From positions 256,001 to 320,000 of the forward strand of contig CAVOYH010000003.1 in assembly GCA_963700635.1 (NCBI GenBank): a stretch of DNA of 64,000 nt, given 5' to 3'. Positions 57,579 through 64,000 of the stretch are shown one piece after another. The position numbers and the translations under genes were made by a program. The stretch is from an uncultured Bacteroidota bacterium. Its GTDB lineage: Bacteria; Bacteroidota; Ignavibacteria; UBA10030; UBA6906. Position 1 is the first letter of the stretch. Every line of letters begins with the position of its first letter. The notes beneath the pieces were generated by a model. It did not search any database. It was not told where the DNA came from and was given only the letters and a program-made list of their open reading frames with translations.

Positions 57579-58871
57579 TTACTTCATCAGCGTCATCCGC
57601 CTGGTGGCGGTAAGTCCGGCGTGGTCGATCCGGTAGAAATACACGCCGCTGGGAAGCCCCCCGGCGTTCCAGAGAACCTGATGCTGCCCGGCGGGAAGCA
57701 CCTCGTTCACCAGGGTGGCAACCTCTTCGCCGATCGTGTTATAGACCCGCAGCGTCACCTGACCGTCAGCTGGCAGCACAAAGGAGATACGTGTCGACGG
57801 ATTAAACGGATTCGGATAGTTCTGTCCCAGAGAGAACTGCGCGGGCATCGTCACTGGATCATCTTCCCGTACACTTGTCTCATCGGCGTTGTACGCAAAG
57901 ATCGGGCAGGCGGGACGGATCCCATGGTCGCGCAGACCACGCTCGACAAATCGCATCGTCGCAGCAAGCTCCTGCGCGTAGTCCGGTTCGACAAGGGCCA
58001 CTGCGTCAGACAGAAAACCGGCCACCTGATCCGCCGTGACGGTCACATCGAAGCCCGGGATCGGGACATTCGCTTCGATAAGCATCTCCGCCACCGGTGC
58101 TGTCTGTGCGGCCAGAATTGCGATTGTTTGGTTTTCTGGCCGTGAGAAAGCCAACCCGTACTGGGTGATGAGCTTCTTGTATTCCTTTTCTGTCCCGACA
58201 ATCAGAGCGCTCGCATCTGCGACCGGTATTCCGGCAAACGCAGCGAGGTCCTCCGCATAGGCCGCTGCCAGCAGGTGCGGGACCTCGGCCGGACGCGTCT
58301 GCGCCGCAAGCATCATGCGCAGTCCAACACCACGGTCCAGGTTCCTCCGGACCAGCAGATCCACTGCCGTCTCTGAGAGATCGTGTCCCATTTCCGGTGC
58401 GAGGAGACCCGCCACGTAATCTGCGTCCGGCGAGGGAAGACCGCCAGCGTGCAGAATGTCCACAAGGACTGGCATGAGCCGGGGGACGAGCGCCGCCCCT
58501 TTGGCGATGGCATATCCTTCGCCGGGAAACATGAACGAAGCATGATGTGCAGTGAAATCGGCGCCCCAGGTATCATTGTGTGTCAGAAACCCCAAGCCGA
58601 CGGACTTCAGACTCGGTCTCCAGGCCATCCGGTACACCGGCATGAAATTGTGATGTGTCGCGTCATACAGGAACTGTCCGTTCGCATCGAACATAGTGTT
58701 AAACACATCCGGTAGGACCGCTCCATACATTTCGTTCCTATTCAACGGTCCGAATTTCACGCCGAGTTCCCTGGCGAGGTAGACGTGGGTCGCATTCCCC
58801 CAGCTGAATGCACCCTGCACCGCCACGAGAATCAAGAGTGCAGCCACGAACAACTTCTTTGCAGTGTCCAT
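57579..58871 (-). CDS. T9SS C-terminal-domain protein with Zn-dependent phospholipase C/S1-P1-like N-terminal domain
   Basis: Signal peptide ending AFS-W; WGNATH, GAVLPD, GFLTH..ADFTAH, HDLSE; CTD FSLGQNYPNPFNPST...GVYFYRI...MTLMK. Confidence 0.75.
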   Translation of the reverse strand: MDTAKKLFVAALLILVAVQGAFSWGNATHVYLARELGVKFGPLNRNEMYGAVLPDVFNTMFDANGQFLYDATHHNFMPVYRMAWRPSLKSVGLGFLTHNDTWGADFTAHHASFMFPGEGYAIAKGAALVPRLMPVLVDILHAGGLPSPDADYVAGLLAPEMGHDLSETAVDLLVRRNLDRGVGLRMMLAAQTRPAEVPHLLAAAYAEDLAAFAGIPVADASALIVGTEKEYKKLITQYGLAFSRPENQTIAILAAQTAPVAEMLIEANVPIPGFDVTVTADQVAGFLSDAVALVEPDYAQELAATMRFVERGLRDHGIRPACPIFAYNADETSVREDDPVTMPAQFSLGQNYPNPFNPSTRISFVLPADGQVTLRVYNTIGEEVATLVNEVLPAGQHQVLWNAGGLPSGVYFYRIDHAGLTATRRMTLMK

Positions 58872-58937
58872 AAGATCCCTCCTTCGATGGATAGTGGTTG
58901 TTGGACAGCACAAAGATACTCGTGCACAGCGTCCTCA

Positions 58938-58966
58938 TGTCAAAGAACTGTCACAGGAGTGTAACA
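58938..58966 (+). promoter_or_regulatory. Triple 11-bp-phased direct repeat (Pho-box/OmpR-like)
   Basis: TGTCAAA-GAAC-TGTCACA-GGAG-TGTAACA between divergent genes. Confidence 0.5.
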
Positions 58967-59134
58967 AATCCTCCTTCGTTGAAATCTCCATCTACGGACC
59001 GCCACTGCAACGCGGAGATCGTGAGCAGGATCGAACGATTCTCCGGGCGATAACCGTGATCACCCCGTGACGCTTTCATGACATCCCTGAGCTCCCCGCA
59101 TCGTACATTTCTTCAGCACCATGCGGGAGGAACG

Positions 59135-60100
59135 ATGCGATTCGCACAGGTATCGACGATCACAGGGGCTATGATTACAACGATGCGCCCCTATCTGCTT
59201 TTTCTCTCAGGCGTCACGGGCCTCGCAGGCATCGCGGCAGCGAAGGACGCTCCGGCCAGCACCGTGCTCCCGGTTTTCCTCGCGGCATTTCTCTCCTACG
59301 GTTTCGGGCAGGCATTGACCGACTGCTTTCAGACAGACACCGATGCGCTGTCAGCTCCCTACCGTCCGCTGGTCCGGGGGATCGTCAGTAAGCGAACCGT
59401 CTTCGTGACCAGCATTCTGGGTCTTGTATCCTGCTGTGCACTGTTTGCCATAAGCAACAGCGTCACACTCGTTCTCGGGACAGTTGCAGTGGGAGGTCTC
59501 GCGACATACACATGGTTCAAACGCCGCTGGTGGGGTGGACCCTGGTACAACGCATGGATCGTGTGCGTCCTGTTTCTGATGGGGTATCTCTCGGGTGAAC
59601 GCCAGGGAACCGCTGCGGTACCGGTCTCCCTGCTCCCTCTCGTGGTCACGGTCTTTTTCGGATATGCAAATTTCGTGCTGGCCGGCTACTTCAAAGACAC
59701 CAACGCAGACAGGCGAACCGGCTACAGGACGTTCCCGGTGGTCTTCGGACGCCGGCGCGCTTCGCGTCTCAGCGATTTCTTTGCCGTTGGAACGGTCGTT
59801 GCTCTCAGCGTTCATCTTGCAGACACATGGAGTACAGATTCGTCATTCTGGTCCGTAGCCCCGTCCGCCCTCTTTGCAGGCTGGGGGCTCGGGCACGCTA
59901 TCATCGGGCAATTCCTGCTTCATCACAATCGGGACGATCAGGATGCCCACAGACCGATCCGCCACGTGGTGCAGAGTTATGTGTTGATGCTGTCTGCTGC
60001 AGCCGTGAGTTTTCATCCCGCGTGGGCGGTGCCGCTCCTGGCATACTACGGTACCTTTCTCCTCGTTCTCACGCACAGAACGGAGCAGAGCCAGATATGA
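59135..60100 (+). CDS. UbiA-family prenyltransferase
   Basis: MRPY; TDCFQTDTDALSAPYRPL; YFKDTNADRRTGYRTFPV; multi-TM; GGGAGG RBS. Confidence 0.85.
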   Translation: MRFAQVSTITGAMITTMRPYLLFLSGVTGLAGIAAAKDAPASTVLPVFLAAFLSYGFGQALTDCFQTDTDALSAPYRPLVRGIVSKRTVFVTSILGLVSCCALFAISNSVTLVLGTVAVGGLATYTWFKRRWWGGPWYNAWIVCVLFLMGYLSGERQGTAAVPVSLLPLVVTVFFGYANFVLAGYFKDTNADRRTGYRTFPVVFGRRRASRLSDFFAVGTVVALSVHLADTWSTDSSFWSVAPSALFAGWGLGHAIIGQFLLHHNRDDQDAHRPIRHVVQSYVLMLSAAAVSFHPAWAVPLLAYYGTFLLVLTHRTEQSQI

Positions 60101-61023
60101 TCGCGTACGTCAATCCGCGGGCTGGCGCGGGGCGGGGCATGGCCCGGTGGAGCAGCATCGAATCCCGCATGAGCAGGACCTACAGAGATCTTCACATTGT
60201 GATGGCGGATGCCCCTGACTCCGCTGAGCGTGCAGTCCGCCGCGCACAGCAGTCACCCGGCCGTCGCATAGTGGCGGTAGGCGGCGATGGCACCGTGAAT
60301 GCCCTGGTAAACGCACTCCTCAACGGAGATCACAACGGAGGCCCCCCGTGTACTCTCGGCGCAATCGGGACCGGTTCGAGCAACGACTTCCACAAGCCGT
60401 TCACGGCGGAAGCAACGATCGGAGCTTTTCCTGCACGCCTGGATTTTGACCGGGCTTCGGCATATGATGCCGGCAGAGTGGAGTGGACCAATGCTGAGGT
60501 ACCAAGCGCACGATACTTCTTTCTGAACGCCAGCGCCGGTATTACTGCGGCCGGCAATGCCCGATTCAATGTCCCGGGACCACTCCTCGGTTTGCTCAAA
60601 CGCGCCCATGTTCCCAGCGCCATTCTCTTTACAGCGCTGACCACGCTTCTCGGATTTCGAAACGTTCATATCAGGCTCACCCTGGGGACGGAACACCTGT
60701 TGGATGTGCCCCTGACGAACCTGGGGATACTGAAGAGCCCCCATTTCTCAGGCGACCTTCGCTACGATACCGCGGGGGATTATGAAAACGGGAAGTTTGT
60801 TGTGGTTGCCTGCACCGGAATGAACACTCTTGAGCGAATCACCCTCTTCCGTGCATTGCGCAGGGGAAGTCTCGCAGGGGTGCAGCATGTCCGCCGCTGG
60901 TCGACATCTGCCGTCACCCTGGAGTCCCCCTGTCCGATCGGCATCGAGTTTGACGGTGAGACCGTTCTGGCGCAGAGTGCCCGGTTCACAGTCGTTCCAC
61001 ATGCACTCCAGGTATGCCCATGA
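60097..61023 (+). CDS. Diacylglycerol/sphingosine kinase family lipid kinase
   Basis: VNPRAGAG; GGDGTVN; GTGSSNDF; FDGE; ATGA overlap with the UbiA stop. Confidence 0.88.
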   Translation: MIAYVNPRAGAGRGMARWSSIESRMSRTYRDLHIVMADAPDSAERAVRRAQQSPGRRIVAVGGDGTVNALVNALLNGDHNGGPPCTLGAIGTGSSNDFHKPFTAEATIGAFPARLDFDRASAYDAGRVEWTNAEVPSARYFFLNASAGITAAGNARFNVPGPLLGLLKRAHVPSAILFTALTTLLGFRNVHIRLTLGTEHLLDVPLTNLGILKSPHFSGDLRYDTAGDYENGKFVVVACTGMNTLERITLFRALRRGSLAGVQHVRRWSTSAVTLESPCPIGIEFDGETVLAQSARFTVVPHALQVCP

Positions 61024-62075
61024 CATCCGCGATACGCGAACTCGCACTCATTACATCGCTCACACGCACGTTCACCAGGTCACCCCGGCAGATGAACCGC
61101 TTGCACGAGAGTGACGCTGAATTGCTGAGGCTCCCGTCGGGCGATCTTCTCGCAATCACGACCGATGCGATCAGTGAAGAACTTTCCAGCGGATTGTACA
61201 GGGATCCATTTCTGGCAGGATGGATGGTGGTGATGGCGAACATGAGCGACCTTGCCGCCGTGGGGGCAGAGCCGCTGGGGATTCTGCTTGCACAGACCCT
61301 CCCCCCTTCATTGTCAGGAACCGAGCTGGAGAGGTTGCAGGAAGGAATCCGGGGTGCATGTTCTGCATGCGGCACGTACGTGCTCGGTGGAGACACCAAT
61401 GAAGGGCCCGCGCTTCATCTGACGGGCACCGGGGTTGGCGTGCTTTCCGGCGACCATCCGCTCTCACGAATCGGATGTCGTGAGCACGACGTCCTGTGCG
61501 CCACGGGGCCGCTGGGGGGTGGAAATGCCTTCGCCGCAAATCAGTTCGCGCGCTCGGAAGTAGCATCCACGGGCTACGCTCCTGCCGCCCGCATCCGACA
61601 GGGCATGGCACTTCGCAGCCTTGCCTCGGCATGTATGGACACCAGTGACGGTCTTTTCGCAACGCTCGATCAGCTCTCGCGCTTGAACGCCGTAGGCTTC
61701 GACCTGGACGACGATTGGGCAGATGGTCTTGATGTGGCGGCCCATGATGCCTGTGCGGATCTGGATATCCCGCTCTGGGCATTTCTTGCAGCTCCCCATG
61801 GGGAATTCGAACTGGTGTTCTCGATATCCCTGGAGCGTCTTCCCGTGTGCAAGGAACTCTTCGGGTCGTACGGATGGCGGCTCCTTCAGCTCGGCCGGGT
61901 ACGAGCCAGCTCCGGTATTCATGTTCCGGGCATCGGGACATTTACCCCTCCCCTGCTTGCGGCTATCAGAAACGCTTCGCCGCTCGGAAGAGGCGGCTTG
62001 ACGGCGTATCTCCAGTTGTTGCAACGCATCGGGAGGCTGGCGGAAAGGTTCGACAGCTTTGTGACATCTCCCTGA
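61020..62075 (+). CDS. ThiL-like (PurM-fold) kinase
   Basis: TTD; NMSDLAAVGAEP; GGDT; MDTSDGL; HGEFEL (vs GEDYEL); ATGA overlap. Confidence 0.8.
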   Translation: MTSAIRELALITSLTRTFTRSPRQMNRLHESDAELLRLPSGDLLAITTDAISEELSSGLYRDPFLAGWMVVMANMSDLAAVGAEPLGILLAQTLPPSLSGTELERLQEGIRGACSACGTYVLGGDTNEGPALHLTGTGVGVLSGDHPLSRIGCREHDVLCATGPLGGGNAFAANQFARSEVASTGYAPAARIRQGMALRSLASACMDTSDGLFATLDQLSRLNAVGFDLDDDWADGLDVAAHDACADLDIPLWAFLAAPHGEFELVFSISLERLPVCKELFGSYGWRLLQLGRVRASSGIHVPGIGTFTPPLLAAIRNASPLGRGGLTAYLQLLQRIGRLAERFDSFVTSP

Positions 62076-62136
62076 CAAACGACGGGACGTCTGACGCTAC
62101 ATTGCAGACAGAGAAACCGAAGGAGGAGAAACAATC

Positions 62137-63456
62137 ATGAAACCTGATGTTGAGTACCGTGGTGGAGAGGACTTCGATCTGAAGAAGATGCTGATGCGCG
62201 GACGACATATGCGACTCGCAGAGCGTACGGCCCTCTTCGCAGAGTTCATGCGTGACCTGGGGACTCACAAAGAAATGCTCTGTCTCCGGTGCATCACATC
62301 GGCTGCCGACCGGACCGTGATGGTCCAGGATCCGGAAACCGGGGCAACTCGTCCCATGCTGATGTTCGGGTCCAACAACTACCTGGGTCTTGCTACCCAT
62401 CCCACTCTCAGGACGCACGCCTGTGAAGCATTGCAGAGTTATGGCGCGGGCGTTGGAGGCCCTCCGCTGCTCAATGGATACACCGCTCTTCATCGTTCAC
62501 TGGAACACCGGCTGGCCGCCTTGAAAGGAACGGACGATGCACTGATCTTTTCCAGCGGCTATGCCGCAAATGTCGGCCTGGTATCGGCCTTGATGAGCCG
62601 GAATGACATGGTATTCTATGACGCATACAGCCACGCATCATTCTCTGACGGCATGCATCTTGCGGGAGTGACGGCCCATCGGTTCGAGCACAATGACCTT
62701 GCTGATCTGCGCAGACTGCTTGCATCGCGGAAGAGATCCACCACCGGCGATACATATGTGGCGGTCGAAGGGGTGTACTCCATGGACGGCGACGTAGCCC
62801 CGCTGAGGGAACTCCTCACACTGTGTACAGCCCACGGGGCAATACTGATCGTCGACGATGCTCATGGAACCGGCGTCCTGGGAGCGCACGGTGGCGGAAC
62901 TGCGGAGCATTGTGGTGTCGAAGGACAGATCCCCATCACGATGGGAACGTTCAGCAAGACCTTTGCGGTCACGGGAGGATTCGTCGCGGCCTCGAAACCG
63001 GTGATCGACTATCTCCGCTTCTTCGCGCGCTCCTATATGTTTTCGGCCTCCCTCTCGCCAGTTTCCATCGCCACCGTACTTGCCGGACTTGACGTACTCC
63101 AGGAAGAGCCGGAGAGGATGTGGGCTCTCCGGCAGAACGTTGCATACGCCGCCGCCGGACTCCGCCGTCTGGGGTTCGACGTCCAGCCGGAGGCTGCCAT
63201 CATTCCCCTTCTGGTACCGCCGGGAATGGACATCCGGCGCGCGGCCCGGTTGTTTCACGAGGATGGAATCTTCGTGAATTCTATAGAATACCCCGCAGTC
63301 CCGGTGGACCAGCAACGATTCCGGATCAGCATCATGGCCACACACACGGGAAACGACATTGACCGGCTCGTGGCCAGCGTCCGTACGGTGTGGGCGGAGT
63401 GCAGGACATCAGGCGAGCAGGGGTGCCATGCGGAACCGCACGCATACGCAGCCTGA
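62137..63456 (+). CDS. PLP-dependent alpha-oxoamine synthase (serine palmitoyltransferase-like)
   Basis: FGSNNYLGL; SHAS; EGVYSMDGD; VDDAHG; GTFSK; ARSYMFSASL; AGGAGG RBS. Confidence 0.85.
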   Translation: MKPDVEYRGGEDFDLKKMLMRGRHMRLAERTALFAEFMRDLGTHKEMLCLRCITSAADRTVMVQDPETGATRPMLMFGSNNYLGLATHPTLRTHACEALQSYGAGVGGPPLLNGYTALHRSLEHRLAALKGTDDALIFSSGYAANVGLVSALMSRNDMVFYDAYSHASFSDGMHLAGVTAHRFEHNDLADLRRLLASRKRSTTGDTYVAVEGVYSMDGDVAPLRELLTLCTAHGAILIVDDAHGTGVLGAHGGGTAEHCGVEGQIPITMGTFSKTFAVTGGFVAASKPVIDYLRFFARSYMFSASLSPVSIATVLAGLDVLQEEPERMWALRQNVAYAAAGLRRLGFDVQPEAAIIPLLVPPGMDIRRAARLFHEDGIFVNSIEYPAVPVDQQRFRISIMATHTGNDIDRLVASVRTVWAECRTSGEQGCHAEPHAYAA

Positions 63457-64000
63457 CCGGAAGAAAATACTCATCATCGTTCTGTTCCAGAACCTGGGCG
63501 ATTCGAACCCGTACTACGCCCGGAGCCCGGCGCCCCCGCTTCCGGGGTTACTTCTGGCCGCCCTGACGCCACCAATTGTCGATGTGGAAGTGCTTCACGA
63601 AATGGTGCGGCCGATCAACTATGAAACGGACGCCGGGTTTGTTGCGCTGAGTTTCATGGACTATCTCTCTCCGCATGCATACGACGTAGCAGCCCGTTTT
63701 CGGAAAGCCGGTAAAACCGTCATCGGAGGAGGAAAATTCGCCTCTACCTTTCCCGACGAAGTCCAGCCGCATTTTGACAGTATTCTCGTCGGTGAGGCAC
63801 AGGACATGTGGCCCATGATGGTGAGGGACCTGGTGGACGGCGCACTGAAGCCCCGGTATGAAGCATCGCTGAACGGGTCGCTGGCGGGTATGCCCTCACC
63901 CCGGTATGACCTTGCCGAAAGCACATACGTCACGCCGGTCGTCACGGAAGCGACACGCGGATGCCCGCATCCATGCACATACTGTCAGCTGAATATCCGG
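63428..64000 (+). CDS. B12-binding radical SAM protein, truncated at window end
   Basis: Absent from the ORF track. Manual translation: MRNRTH...LAALTP...VIGGG...GEA...EATRGCPHPCTYC (CxxxCxxC); overlaps the SPT-like stop. Confidence 0.88.
   Translation, partial: MRNRTHTQPDRKKILIIVLFQNLGDSNPYYARSPAPPLPGLLLAALTPPIVDVEVLHEMVRPINYETDAGFVALSFMDYLSPHAYDVAARFRKAGKTVIGGGKFASTFPDEVQPHFDSILVGEAQDMWPMMVRDLVDGALKPRYEASLNGSLAGMPSPRYDLAESTYVTPVVTEATRGCPHPCTYCQLNIR

Noticed and set aside
62137-63456. bioF (biotin) assignment
   Set aside because: No bio genes adjacent; GTFSK and lipid-gene context favour an SPT-like enzyme, though this is unproven without a phylogeny

Overview
GC-rich bacterial chromosomal window, probably from the FCB group (Ignavibacteria-like Bacteroidota), judged from one T9SS-type 'QNYPNPFNPST' sorting domain; most genes are on the minus strand. 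1-11 kb: a seven-gene signalling cluster (three PAS histidine kinases, a REC-PAS protein, a MASE1 protein, a sigma54 activator, a NarL-type regulator). 11-15.6 kb: a compact flagellin locus with two short alphaproteobacterial-type flagellins behind sigma28 promoters, FlaF and FlbT, two FlgM-like paralogs and a cryptic third, highly diverged flagellin-like gene. 15.6-38.6 kb: a ~23 kb sigma54-promoter-led glycosylation island (seven TPR + GT-B modules in five genes, GT2/GT4/CgeB-type transferases, three methyltransferases, TPR and unknown proteins) with no nucleotide-sugar synthesis genes. 38.7-59 kb: nrfHA with an all-CXXCH NrfA, tRNA-Val, a CnoX-like thioredoxin, a prolidase-activase-HypD operon, a multi-sensor kinase, a GT4, a Tat-exported aldo-keto reductase, tRNA-Gly, a PfkB remnant and a T9SS-secreted Zn-PLC-like protein. 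59-64 kb: a tightly coupled operon (UbiA transferase, DAG/sphingosine kinase, ThiL-like kinase, SPT-like PLP enzyme, B12 radical SAM) preceded by a triple 11-bp-phased TGTCA repeat. The best candidates for an undescribed system are this lipid operon and the hybrid flagellin regulation/glycosylation locus. All calls come from motif recognition by eye; no database searches were run.
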